DNA of 64,000 nucleotides from Pseudomonadota bacterium (GCA_039029395.1 JBCCGG010000001.1:373761-437760); one strand, 5' to 3'; shown: positions 35,333 to 46,399, counted from the stretch's first letter. The notes: generated by a model not told the origin, from the sequence alone. A program made the numbers and translations.

Positions 35333-35749
35333 ATGTTCGATTTCCATCTGATCTCGCCCGCCTATGCCCAGGACGCCGGGGCCGGGGCCACCCTGACCTC
35401 GCTGCTGCCTCTGGTGCTGATCTTCGTGGTCTTCTACATGCTGCTGATCCGTCCCCAGCAGAAAAAAATGAAGCAGCACCGCAACATGGTCGCCAACCTG
35501 CGGCGCGGCGACAAGGTGGTGACGGCCGGCGGGTTGCTCGGCCAGGTCACCAAGGTGGTCAGCGACACCGAATTGCAGGTCGAGCTGGCAGAGGGGGTGC
35601 GGGTGCGCGTGGTCAAGGGGACGATCAGCGAAGTACTTTCCAAGCCCGACCCAGCCAAGGGTGGAACGGCCGCGGCCAACGACGACCAGGGCAAACCCAA
35701 GAGCCTTTTGGGCGGTTTGTTCGGCGGCGGCGGCCCGAAGCGTAGCTGA
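35333..35749 (+). CDS. yajC: Preprotein translocase subunit YajC
   Basis: 138 aa. LLPLVLIFVVFYMLLIRPQQKKMKQHRNMVANLRRGDKVVTAGGLLGQV. Confidence 0.9.
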   Translation: MFDFHLISPAYAQDAGAGATLTSLLPLVLIFVVFYMLLIRPQQKKMKQHRNMVANLRRGDKVVTAGGLLGQVTKVVSDTELQVELAEGVRVRVVKGTISEVLSKPDPAKGGTAAANDDQGKPKSLLGGLFGGGGPKRS

Positions 35750-35838
35750 ATTGCGCAATTGACATGCGAGCCCTCGGGCGCCAGCTAGACTCCTAAGAAA
35801 AGACAAGAAACAAAATACGAAAGCGACGCCTCGGCGAC

Positions 35839-37407
35839 ATGGTCCAGATTCCCAGGTGGCAATACATCACGGTCATCGTCGTCCTCTTGGGCGGCCTGAT
35901 CCTGGCCGCGCCCAACCTGATCAGCCGCCAGGCGGCCGAGGAGCTGCCGAACTGGCTGCCGAGCGACCAGATCAATCTGGGCCTCGACCTGCGCGGTGGC
36001 ATCCACCTCCTGATGGAGGCCGACATCCAGGGGGTGATCGAGGAGCGCCAGAACAATCTCGCCGAGACCTTGCGCCTCGACCTACGGCGCGACGGCATCG
36101 AAGGCACCCGAATCTCCGTGGCGCCGGACGGCGCGGTGATCCTGCGGCTGGCCGACCCGAGCCAGGTGGACCTTGCAAAGGACATCGCCCGGCGCCAGTC
36201 GGTCGACTACCTGGTGACCTCCGAGGGCGACAACGGGGTGCGCGTCGAGTACTCCGATCAAGCGTTGATCCAGCTGGCCAACCAGATCATGGAGCAGACG
36301 CTGGAGATCATCCGGATTCGGATCGACGAGACCGGCACCCGCGAGCCAAGCATCCAGCGCCAGGGCTCGGAGCGAATCCTGCTTCAACTGCCTGGCGTCG
36401 ACGATCCGGAGCGGGTTAAGGACCTGCTCGAGGCCGAGGCCAAGCTGAACTTCAAGTTTGTCGACGAGAACGTGGTGCCAGGCGTCGACCGGACGCCGCC
36501 GGGCACCGAGATCCTGCCGTCCCGAGAAGTCGGACCGAACGGCGAGCCGGTGTCTTACGCCATCCGCAAGCGCATCATGGTCAGCGGCGAGAACCTGGTG
36601 GACGCCCAGGCGACCTTCCAGGACAACCAGCCGGTGGTCTCTTTCCGCTTCGATTCCGAGGGTGCCAAGCGCTTCGCCCGGGCGACCCAGGAAAACGTCG
36701 GGCGGCTGTTCGCCATCGTGCTCGACAACGAAGTGATCTCGGCGCCGGTTATTCGCGAGCCGATCCTGGGCGGCAGCGGCGTGATCAGCGGCCGCTTCAC
36801 GACCCAGGAGGTCAACGACCTGGCGCTGCTGCTGCGCGCCGGCGCCCTGCCGGCCAGCCTGGTGTTTTTGGAAGAGCGCACGGTCGGCCCTGGTCTTGGC
36901 GCCGATTCGATCCGTGCCGGCGAAATCGCCTGCATTCTGGGCTTCATCCTGGTGGTGATCTTCATGGGCAGCACCTACGGCATGTTCGGCATTGTCGCCA
37001 ACGTCGCCCTGGTCGCGAACCTGGTCTTGATCATGGCCGCGCTCTCCTTGCTGCAGGCGACGCTGACCTTGCCGGGCATCGCCGGCATCGTGCTGACCAT
37101 CGGCATGGCGGTCGACGCCAATGTGCTGATCTTCGAGCGCATACGCGAGGAGGCGCGCCTCGGGCGCGGCCCGGTTGGCGCGATCGACGCCGGCTTCCGG
37201 CGGGCGATCACGACTATCTTGGACTCCAACCTGACCACCCTGATCGCGGCCTTTTTGCTGTTCTTCTTCGGATCCGGCCCGGTCAAGGGATTCGCGGTTA
37301 CGCTCTCGCTCGGGATCATCAGCTCCATGTTCACGGCCTTCATGGTCACCCGCCTCTTGATTTCCTTTTGGCTGCGCCGCAAGCGGCCCAAAGCCTTGCC
37401 GATCTAG
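35839..37407 (+). CDS. secD: Protein translocase subunit SecD
   Basis: 522 aa. It has an N-terminal TM, a periplasmic domain (LGLDLRGGIHL), and a C-terminal 5-TM block (GPGLGADSI...DANVLIFERIREE). Confidence 0.95.
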   Translation: MVQIPRWQYITVIVVLLGGLILAAPNLISRQAAEELPNWLPSDQINLGLDLRGGIHLLMEADIQGVIEERQNNLAETLRLDLRRDGIEGTRISVAPDGAVILRLADPSQVDLAKDIARRQSVDYLVTSEGDNGVRVEYSDQALIQLANQIMEQTLEIIRIRIDETGTREPSIQRQGSERILLQLPGVDDPERVKDLLEAEAKLNFKFVDENVVPGVDRTPPGTEILPSREVGPNGEPVSYAIRKRIMVSGENLVDAQATFQDNQPVVSFRFDSEGAKRFARATQENVGRLFAIVLDNEVISAPVIREPILGGSGVISGRFTTQEVNDLALLLRAGALPASLVFLEERTVGPGLGADSIRAGEIACILGFILVVIFMGSTYGMFGIVANVALVANLVLIMAALSLLQATLTLPGIAGIVLTIGMAVDANVLIFERIREEARLGRGPVGAIDAGFRRAITTILDSNLTTLIAAFLLFFFGSGPVKGFAVTLSLGIISSMFTAFMVTRLLISFWLRRKRPKALPI

Positions 37408-37416
37408 GAGCTGACC

Positions 37417-38373
37417 ATGGCCCTGATCAAGCGGATCACCACGACTCCGAAGCTCGACTTCATCGGCAAGCGCAATATCTTCCTGGCTTGTTCCGGGGCC
37501 CTTGTGGCGCTTTCGGTGATCCTGTTCTTCGTGCAGGGGCTCAACTTCGGCGTCGACTTCCGGGGCGGCATCTTGGTCGAGGTGCGCACCACGGCGGTCT
37601 GCGACATCTCCGATCTGCGCTCACGTCTGGGCGGCATCGGCTTGGGCGAAGTCACCTTGCAGGAATTCGGCCAGCCCGAGGACGTGCTGATCAACGTCGA
37701 AAAGCCCCAGGGCGATGAAGCAGAGCAGATCGAGGCGATCAACGTCCTCAAGGCCGCGCTGGAGGGCTGTGTTGAGGAGTACCGCCGCACCGAGTTTGTC
37801 GGGCCCAAGGTCGGCAGCGAGCTCAAGCAGGCCGGCATCCTGGCGACGCTCTTGTCCCTGCTCGGCATCGGCCTCTACATCTGGTTCCGATTCGAATGGC
37901 AGTTCAGCGTGGCCGCTCTGATCGCCTTGGCTCACGACGTAATCACCACGATCGGCTTCTATGCGCTGACCCAAATCGAGTTCAATTTGGCGACCCTGGC
38001 GGCGGTGCTGACCATCGCCGGCTACTCGATCAACGACACGGTGGTGATCTTCGACCGGGTGCGCGAGACCCTGCGCAAGTACAAGAAGATGGCCTTCCTG
38101 GAGCTGCTCAACCTCTCGATCAACTTAACCTTGACGCGCACGGTCTTGACCAGCGTGACCACCTTGATCGCGCTCATCGCGCTCTTCATCTTCGGTGGCG
38201 AGGTGATTCGGGGCTTTGCGATCGGCCTAATCTGGGGCGTGGTGATCGGCACCTATTCCTCGGTCGGCCTAGCGGTGCCGCTGCTCGCCCGTATGCACCT
38301 GCGTGGGGGCACCATGGCGAGCAGCGAAGAAGCGGACGAGGGCCCCGCCAACAAGGCGCCCGACTCAGCCTGA
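37417..38373 (+). CDS. secF: Protein translocase subunit SecF
   Basis: 318 aa. GVDFRGGILVEV and GYSINDTVVIFDRVRE. Confidence 0.95.
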   Translation: MALIKRITTTPKLDFIGKRNIFLACSGALVALSVILFFVQGLNFGVDFRGGILVEVRTTAVCDISDLRSRLGGIGLGEVTLQEFGQPEDVLINVEKPQGDEAEQIEAINVLKAALEGCVEEYRRTEFVGPKVGSELKQAGILATLLSLLGIGLYIWFRFEWQFSVAALIALAHDVITTIGFYALTQIEFNLATLAAVLTIAGYSINDTVVIFDRVRETLRKYKKMAFLELLNLSINLTLTRTVLTSVTTLIALIALFIFGGEVIRGFAIGLIWGVVIGTYSSVGLAVPLLARMHLRGGTMASSEEADEGPANKAPDSA

Positions 38374-38396
38374 ATCCCTAAAGCGAGGGGGCGCCC

Positions 38397-38777
38397 ATGG
38401 TCGAGCTCACGCCTCTAGCCACCGGCGACCGCTTGACCGTCGAGGCCTACGGCGACGGCGGCTTTCGCCTGGGTGGCCGGCGTCACGAGGGCTCGCTTCT
38501 GGTGCTGCCGGATCAGGTGCTGGCCTGGCCGGTCGCCGAATTTGCCCAAATCACCGCCGAGGGCCTGTTGCCGCTCTGGCAAGCCGCACCCCATCTGGAG
38601 ATCCTGCTGCTCGGCTGCGGCCCGCGCCTGCGGCCGGTCGCCCCGGCGCTCAGCCAAGCGGTGCGCGCCGCCGGGCCGGTGCTCGAGCCCATGGACACCG
38701 GCGCCGCCTGCCGCACCTACAACCTGCTGCTGGCCGAGGGCCGGGCGGTCGGTGCGGCGCTCATAGCGGTCGTGTAG
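38397..38777 (+). CDS. Mth938-like (DUF498) domain protein, homolog class of complex I assembly factor NDUFAF3
   Basis: 126 aa. VEAYGDGGFRLGGRRHEGSLLVLP...ILLLGCG...PMDTGAACRTYNLLLAEGRAVGAALIAV. Confidence 0.8.
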   Translation: MVELTPLATGDRLTVEAYGDGGFRLGGRRHEGSLLVLPDQVLAWPVAEFAQITAEGLLPLWQAAPHLEILLLGCGPRLRPVAPALSQAVRAAGPVLEPMDTGAACRTYNLLLAEGRAVGAALIAVV

Positions 38778-38792
38778 GGGCGCAATCAAAGT

Positions 38793-38832
38793 AAAACGGC
38801 GGGGCCCCTTTCGGAGGCCCCGCCGCGGTTTT
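38793..38832. terminator. Bidirectional rho-independent terminator
   Basis: AAAA, then CGGCGGGGCC (38797-38806), a 9-nt loop, GGCCCCGCCG (38816-38825), then cggTTTT. It sits between convergent genes. Confidence 0.75.
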
Positions 38833-38848
38833 GAGCCTGTGCTTTAGC

Positions 38849-39451
38849 TTAGTAGAGGTTCTGCGCCGAGACCATGGCGAAGAGCATGGGGATCGACAGC
38901 AGTGTGTTGGTGCGCGAGAACAGCATGGCGGTGCGCGCCGAGGCCTTCTTGGTGTCGGCGTCCGCGTCGACGATGCCGAGCGCCTTTTTCTGGTTGGGCC
39001 AGATGAAGAACCAAACATTGATGAACATGATCGTGCCCAGCCACATGCCGATGCCGATGGCGGTGTGCTTGGGTACCGAAAAGCCTTCATTAATGCCGAT
39101 CAGAATCGCGCTGATCAGATAGCCGTTCAGCATCGCCAGAATCAGACCAGTGACTAGGGTGGCCATTGCCGCCCAGCGGAACCAGAACAGGGCTGCCGGC
39201 GCGATCACCTTGCCGATCGCCGGCTTTTGTTCGTCCGGGATGTTCGGCATATTGGGGATCTGGACGAAGTTGAAGTACCACAGGAGCCCGATCCACATGA
39301 CGCCGCTGAGCACGTGCAGCCAGCGAAACAGGAAGGGCCAGAACCACGAGCCCGCGAAACCTTGCGATACGACGTAGAGCAGGAACAGAACGAGCGCCAG
39401 GATGAACCCGGCGATCACGGTTTTTTTCAGATCCGTCAGAATGTCAGCCAT
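38849..39451 (-). CDS. Conserved integral membrane protein, family uncertain (first helix reminiscent of HemJ/PuuD-type membrane proteins)
   Basis: 200 aa from ATG 39451 (MADILTDLKK...), with 5-6 TM helices. The W/H-rich segment is FRWLHVLSGVMWIGLLWYFNF. The family assignment is a weak guess. Confidence 0.5.
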   Translation of the reverse strand: MADILTDLKKTVIAGFILALVLFLLYVVSQGFAGSWFWPFLFRWLHVLSGVMWIGLLWYFNFVQIPNMPNIPDEQKPAIGKVIAPAALFWFRWAAMATLVTGLILAMLNGYLISAILIGINEGFSVPKHTAIGIGMWLGTIMFINVWFFIWPNQKKALGIVDADADTKKASARTAMLFSRTNTLLSIPMLFAMVSAQNLY

Positions 39452-39575
39452 TTTCCGACCTCTCCCGGGAAGCGACGTGAGATTGGGCCGCGGGACCAAG
39501 CCGCCGCGGACATTGAACCGGCCGGAATTATGATGACCTTGCCGCCGCTTGCCAAGCGAGCAGAGTAAAGAATTC

Positions 39576-40415
39576 ATGGCCCCCGATCCGGCTCTTCCAA
39601 GCTTTGTGGCCGAGCTACGCGCCCACGACCGGGACCGTTACCTGACCTGCCTTTTCGCGCCGGCGGAATGCCGCCTCGATCTCTTCGCGCTCTTGGCTTT
39701 CAATTTGGAGGTGGCGCGTACGGCCGAGGCGGTCAGCGAACCGATGATTGGCCAGATCCGTTTGCAGTGGTGGCGCGAGAGTCTGGAAGGCATCTATGCC
39801 GGCAGCCCGCGGCGCCACGAGGTGGTCGAGGCCCTGGGCCAGGCGATCGCGCGCCACGATCTGCCGCGCACACCCTTCGAGCGTCTGATCGATGGCCGGG
39901 AGAACGACCTGGATCCGGCACCGCCAGCCGACCTGGCGGCGCTCGAGACCTATGGCCAGGCGACCTCAGCCGGTCTCCTGGACCTTGCCCTCGAGGTTCT
40001 GGCCTGTCGCGATGATGCCAGCGGGGAGGCGGCGCGGAGCATCGGCGTTGCCTGGGCGCTCACCGGCCTGCTGCGCGCCGTGCCCTTTCACGCCCGGGCC
40101 AAGCGGCTCTATCTGCCGCGCGACCTTTGTGACGGGGCTGGATTGGCCACTGGCGATCTCTTCGAGCTGCGCTCCAGCCCGGCGCTCTGCGAGGTGGTGG
40201 CCCAAGTGGCGGGCCGGGCCGAGGTCCTGCTGGCACAGGCGCCAGATGGCCTGCCTCGGACCGCTTGTCCGGTTTGGGGCCTCAAAGTCTTGGCCCGGCA
40301 CTATCTGCGCGTCTTGGCGGCCGCCGGCCACGATCCCTTCGATGCCCGGGTCCGGGCACCGGCAAATGTCTGGCGGCTCGCTCGGGCCCGCTGGTTCAGC
40401 CTTCGGCCTTTTTGA
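39576..40415 (+). CDS. Squalene/phytoene-synthase-like family protein (NDUFAF6-like class)
   Basis: 279 aa from ATG 39576 (the track starts at TTG 39549). DRDRYLTCLFAP...LFALLAFNLEVARTAE...IRLQWWRESL is typical of this family. Confidence 0.75.
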   Translation: MAPDPALPSFVAELRAHDRDRYLTCLFAPAECRLDLFALLAFNLEVARTAEAVSEPMIGQIRLQWWRESLEGIYAGSPRRHEVVEALGQAIARHDLPRTPFERLIDGRENDLDPAPPADLAALETYGQATSAGLLDLALEVLACRDDASGEAARSIGVAWALTGLLRAVPFHARAKRLYLPRDLCDGAGLATGDLFELRSSPALCEVVAQVAGRAEVLLAQAPDGLPRTACPVWGLKVLARHYLRVLAAAGHDPFDARVRAPANVWRLARARWFSLRPF

Positions 40416-41187
40416 TCGTCTCTCTGGTGTCCTTGGCCAATTCGGCGGTCAAGAAAGCGTCGTCGTGGGGCAGGGCCATTTGAAACTGTGAGGTGACGTC
40501 GATCTCGAGCTGGGCCTGGCGCGTTGAAAAGCGCGTCACGTGGCCGCCGGCCTGCCGGTCGTCGCTCAAGAAGTGCAAGTGATAGCCTGGCACGTTGAGG
40601 CCCTGGGCGTAGTCCGGAAAGCGGAATCCCACCAGAGTGCCGTCGATATCCTCGTAGTCGTAGACCGGCTGGTGGGCGACCACCTCGATCAACGGCGGGT
40701 AGGGCTTTTCCTGGCGCGGCACCGAGCGCACCCGGATGGCCTCGAAATGGCCCCGGCACTTGATCGCATAGAACACGTTCTTGCTGGGCACGGCGCGGTC
40801 GAGCGCGCCGGAAAGTCCAGCGATATCCATCTCTTCGGTGATCGGAATTTCGATTGTTGGGTCGAAAAAGATCATCACCGCGAAGGGCGTTGTCATATTG
40901 GGCGCGACCGGATGAACCCGACCGTCCGAGGTGGTTTGGAAGAAGGCGCCGTCGAGCGCCGTCATCTCGCCGTCCAAGGCATCGAAGGTGCCAAGACCGA
41001 AATCGCCGTGACGAGCCAGCTCGGCAAAGGAGGTCTGGCCGTCGTAGACACCCTCCAGAATCGCATTGATGGTCGAGGCCTGAAACACCGCGTGAGCGGC
41101 ATCGTGCTTGAAAAGGTCGCCGGACGCCAGGTGGGCGTGGAATGCCCTAATGAAGGTGTCATCCAGGGACATTGGGCCGGTCTCCAC
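40396..41187 (-). CDS. budA: Alpha-acetolactate decarboxylase
   Basis: 263 aa. VFQASTINAILEGVYDGQTSFAELARHGDFGLGTFDALDGEMTALDG... and GYHLHFLSDDR. No acetolactate synthase or butanediol dehydrogenase gene is adjacent. Confidence 0.8.
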   Translation of the reverse strand: METGPMSLDDTFIRAFHAHLASGDLFKHDAAHAVFQASTINAILEGVYDGQTSFAELARHGDFGLGTFDALDGEMTALDGAFFQTTSDGRVHPVAPNMTTPFAVMIFFDPTIEIPITEEMDIAGLSGALDRAVPSKNVFYAIKCRGHFEAIRVRSVPRQEKPYPPLIEVVAHQPVYDYEDIDGTLVGFRFPDYAQGLNVPGYHLHFLSDDRQAGGHVTRFSTRQAQLEIDVTSQFQMALPHDDAFLTAELAKDTRETIKKAEG

Positions 41188-41232
41188 GAAAGAGGGGCGG
41201 CAAGTCTAGCGGGTCTCGCCGGTCGGCCGCCA

Positions 41233-41266
41233 AAGAAAAAGGGCCGCGCATAGGCGCGACCCTTTC
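41233..41266 (-). terminator. Rho-independent terminator after groEL
   Basis: The minus strand reads AGGGTCGCGC-ctat-GCGCGGCCCT (10-bp stem with 1 mismatch), followed by TTTTTCTTT. Confidence 0.65.
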
Positions 41267-41293
41267 TCGTCTCGAAGCTTGGATCGGCTTGGC

Positions 41294-43308
<2,015 letters not shown>

Positions 43309-43371
43309 CTGTGAGACTCCCGTGTGTTAACTCATTGAATTCATGTAGATTTTCACCTCGGCTTGGATTTA

Positions 43372-43398
43372 TTAGCACTCCCGCCCGGCGAGTGCCAG
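43372..43398 (-). promoter_or_regulatory. CIRCE operator (HrcA binding site) of groESL
   Basis: The plus strand reads TTAGCACTC-N9-GAGTGCCAG, against the consensus TTAGCACTC-N9-GAGTGCTAA. It lies 64 nt upstream of groES, directly downstream of a TTGACA-N17-TAAACC promoter-like element (43400-43428, minus strand). Confidence 0.7.
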
Positions 43399-43583
43399 TG
43401 GTTTAGTGCCTTGTGTCGGATCTGTCAAGCGCGGCGCCCCGAGGACCCCGTGCCAGGGTTGGCAGCAGACTCAGTGGCCGGCTGCTAAGATATTGATTTG
43501 AAACAATTTTTTATTGCGCTCCTAGACAAAGGCGCGCAGACTTGACGGCATCGAGAACAACGGCGGACGCAACCGCGAGGACC

Positions 43584-43847
43584 ATGACGGCACTCGAACG
43601 ACAGCTCGACAATCACCGGCTGACCACGGCCGAAATTCTTTACCACATGCCCGATCACCCGGCCTTGCTGCAAAGCTACCTGTGGCAGGATTACGATCGG
43701 GCGCCCCACTTTCCGGCGCTTCATCGCTTCCTGGACTATTGGGAGCAAAACCTGGAAGGCCGGCTGCACTCGGTCCAAGTCGCCAACGTGCCTCTGCTGC
43801 GGGTACCGACCTGGCGCATGGCAAAGGCCTGCTTGACCCTCCACTAG
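43584..43847 (+). CDS. Usg-like family protein
   Basis: 87 aa from ATG 43584 (the track starts at TTG 43542). RLTTAEILYHMPDHPALLQSYLWQDYDRAPHFPALHRFLDYWEQNLEGRLHSVQVA matches the Usg family pattern as I remember it. Confidence 0.75.
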   Translation: MTALERQLDNHRLTTAEILYHMPDHPALLQSYLWQDYDRAPHFPALHRFLDYWEQNLEGRLHSVQVANVPLLRVPTWRMAKACLTLH

Positions 43848-43921
43848 GGTCTAGGGTCGCTGGACGGGGCGGGGCCAAGCCCTTAAGACTACGCTCGCCT
43901 TGATGCGCGCGGAGCGGCCCC

Positions 43922-44947
43922 TTGACCAGCCTAGCTGAACATTCAATTCCAACGAGCGAAATCCGGCCCGACCGGGCGATCGGCCTGTGGCTCTTGGCCT
44001 GCGCCGGGATGGTCTTCGTCATGGCGCTGCTGGGCGCCGTCACCCGGCTCAGCGAGTCGGGACTCTCGATCATGGAGTGGGCGCCGGTCAGCGGCGCCCT
44101 GCCACCGCTCGGCGAGGCGGAATGGCAGCGTCTCTTCGCGCTCTACAAGGAGATCCCGGAGTACCAGGAACGACCCGGCGGCATGACTCTGGCCGAGTTC
44201 AAGGCGATCTTCTGGTGGGAGTACATCCATCGTTTGTGGGGCCGCCTGATCGGCTTGGTCTTCGCCGTGCCGTTCCTCTGGTTCCTGCTCAGCGGACGTA
44301 TCGTTTGGCGCCGTGCCTGGCCATACATCGGCGTCTTCGCGCTCGGCGGTCTTCAGGGCGCCATGGGCTGGTTCATGGTGGCCAGCGGCTTTGCCGACCG
44401 CACCGACGTCAGTCAGTACCGTTTAGTCGCCCACCTATCGCTTGCGCTCGCAATCTATGGCTGGCTTCTGTGGCTCGCCTGGCAGGCGCTCGGGCCCCGG
44501 GCGCCGGGGCGCGGCCTGTCGCCGGCCTTGGTCGCCTTCACGACGCTCGCCGTGGTGACGATCCTTTCGGGCGGGTTCGTGGCCGGGCTCAACGGCGGCT
44601 TCGTCTACAACACCTTTCCCCTGATGGGCGGTCAGCTGGTGCCGAGCGACTATGGCTTTCTAGAGCCCTGGATCGCCAACCACCTGGAGAACCCGGCGAC
44701 CGCCCAGTTCAATCACCGGGTCCTGGCGGTGACCACGGTCTTCGCCGCGCTGGGGCTCTGGCTCAAGGCCGGGCGCGCCCTGGCGCCTGTCGCGGTCATG
44801 GCGCTGATCCAGCTTGGACTTGGTATCGCGACCCTGCTCTTGGTGGTGCCGATCTGGCTCGGCGCGGCCCACCAGGCCGGCGCGCTGATTCTCTTCACCC
44901 TGGCGCTCCGGGCGCTTTATCTGGCACCGGGCCGGGCCGATGTCTGA
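43922..44947 (+). CDS. ctaA: Heme A synthase (COX15/CtaA)
   Basis: 341 aa with 8 TM helices. It contains AVTRLSESGLSIMEWAPVSG, WWEYIHRLWGRLIG, and a second His-containing half (QFNHRVLA, AHQAGA). Confidence 0.85.
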   Translation: MTSLAEHSIPTSEIRPDRAIGLWLLACAGMVFVMALLGAVTRLSESGLSIMEWAPVSGALPPLGEAEWQRLFALYKEIPEYQERPGGMTLAEFKAIFWWEYIHRLWGRLIGLVFAVPFLWFLLSGRIVWRRAWPYIGVFALGGLQGAMGWFMVASGFADRTDVSQYRLVAHLSLALAIYGWLLWLAWQALGPRAPGRGLSPALVAFTTLAVVTILSGGFVAGLNGGFVYNTFPLMGGQLVPSDYGFLEPWIANHLENPATAQFNHRVLAVTTVFAALGLWLKAGRALAPVAVMALIQLGLGIATLLLVVPIWLGAAHQAGALILFTLALRALYLAPGRADV

Positions 44948-45992
44948 AGATCTCGCGATCCCGGAGGAACCGCTGCCGGTCTCGGTGCTGACCGGCTTTC
45001 TGGGCTCCGGCAAGACCACCGTGCTGCGCCATCTGCTGGCCTGCCCAGGGATGGATGAGACCGCGGTGGTGATCAACGAGTTCGGCGAGATCGGTCTGGA
45101 CCACCTGCTGGTGGAGAGCGCCAAGGAGGATATGGTGCTGCTCAACAGCGGCTGCCTGTGCTGCTCGGTGCGCGGCGATCTGGTCGATACCTTGCGCCGG
45201 CTCTTCACCAAGCGGGTGCGCCGCGAGATCCCGCCATTCGCCCGTCTTCTGGTCGAGACCACCGGATTAGCCGACCCGGCGCCGATCCTCCACACCCTGA
45301 TGAACGACCCGCTGTTGGTCACCCACTTCCGGCTCGACGGGGTGATCGCGACGGTCGACGGGGTGGTCGGCGGCGCCACCTTGGACCAGCACGCCGAAGC
45401 CCTGAAGCAGGCCGCGGTCGCCGATAGGGTCCTGATCACCAAGGGCGACATTGCCCCGCCAGAGGCGATCGAGGATCTGGAAGCCCGCCTGCGGCAGCTC
45501 AACCCAGCAGCGCCGATCCTGGCGATCCGCGACGGCCGGGTGAAGCCGGGCCAGCTGTTCAATGCCGGCCTATACGACCCGGAGACGAAGACCTTGGAGG
45601 TACGACGCTGGCTCAAGGCCGAGGCCTACGGCGAGGCGCACCACCATGGCCACAGCCACGACGTCAATCGCCACGACGACCGCATCCGGGCCTTTTGCCT
45701 GACCGCCGAGCAACCGCTCGACTGGGACCGTTTCAACGCCTGGGTCGAGATGCTGACCACGATCCACGGAGAGAACATTCTGCGCCTAAAGGGCCTGCTC
45801 GACATCGCACAAATCGAACGGCCGGTCGCGATCCACGGTGTGCAGCACGTTTTTCACCCGCCGCTGCTGCTCGAGGCCTGGCCCGACGAGGACCGCCGCT
45901 CGCGCCTGGTGATCATCGCAAGGGACCTGAACCGCGAGACGGTCGAGCGGTCGTTCCAGGAGTTCAATAGGGACGGCTCGGTGATCAGCTAG
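44940..45992 (+). CDS. COG0523/CobW-family G3E GTPase (putative metallochaperone) with a His-rich insert
   Basis: 350 aa. P-loop GFLGSGKTT, metal motif GCLCCSV (CxCC), His-rich EAHHHGHSHDVNRHDD, and a CobW C-terminal domain. There is an 8-bp overlap with the ctaA end. Confidence 0.85.
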   Translation: MSEDLAIPEEPLPVSVLTGFLGSGKTTVLRHLLACPGMDETAVVINEFGEIGLDHLLVESAKEDMVLLNSGCLCCSVRGDLVDTLRRLFTKRVRREIPPFARLLVETTGLADPAPILHTLMNDPLLVTHFRLDGVIATVDGVVGGATLDQHAEALKQAAVADRVLITKGDIAPPEAIEDLEARLRQLNPAAPILAIRDGRVKPGQLFNAGLYDPETKTLEVRRWLKAEAYGEAHHHGHSHDVNRHDDRIRAFCLTAEQPLDWDRFNAWVEMLTTIHGENILRLKGLLDIAQIERPVAIHGVQHVFHPPLLLEAWPDEDRRSRLVIIARDLNRETVERSFQEFNRDGSVIS

Positions 45993-46399
45993 CGCGTCAC
46001 GTGGACCGGGCAGCCGGCGTGACGGACGACGAAGGCGGCCGTCGATCCGATGAAGTAGTCTTGCAGACCGGGCCTATGGGAGGCGACGACGATGCAGTCG
46101 GTGCCGTGCTCTTGGGCGTAGTCGACGATGCTGCGCCCCGGATGGCCCATGATCATCTCGACTTTGGCCTCTAGGCCGGACGCCGATGCGATCGACTCCA
46201 ACTCCTTCATGGCCAGATCACGGGACTCTGCCACGACCTCCTTGGGAATCTGCGCGGCGACGAACCCAGGCATGGATTCAAGCACGTGCAGCAGCGTCAC
46301 GCCACCGTCCGGGTCGAGCAAGGACCTGGCCACCGCGATGGCGCCATTGCCAGGCTCTTCGTGGCCCAAAGCAATCGGAACGAGAATGTTCTTGTACAT
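45989..46399 (-). CDS. Universal stress protein (UspA family)
   Basis: 136 aa from ATG 46399. MYKNILVPIALGHE... and the C-terminal GSTAAFVVRHAGCPVHV. Confidence 0.8.
   Translation of the reverse strand: MYKNILVPIALGHEEPGNGAIAVARSLLDPDGGVTLLHVLESMPGFVAAQIPKEVVAESRDLAMKELESIASASGLEAKVEMIMGHPGRSIVDYAQEHGTDCIVVASHRPGLQDYFIGSTAAFVVRHAGCPVHVTR

Noticed and set aside
43455-43475. TTGGCAGCAGACTCAG upstream of usg as a sigma-54 promoter
   Set aside because: The GG and GC elements are not at the required 10-nt spacing.
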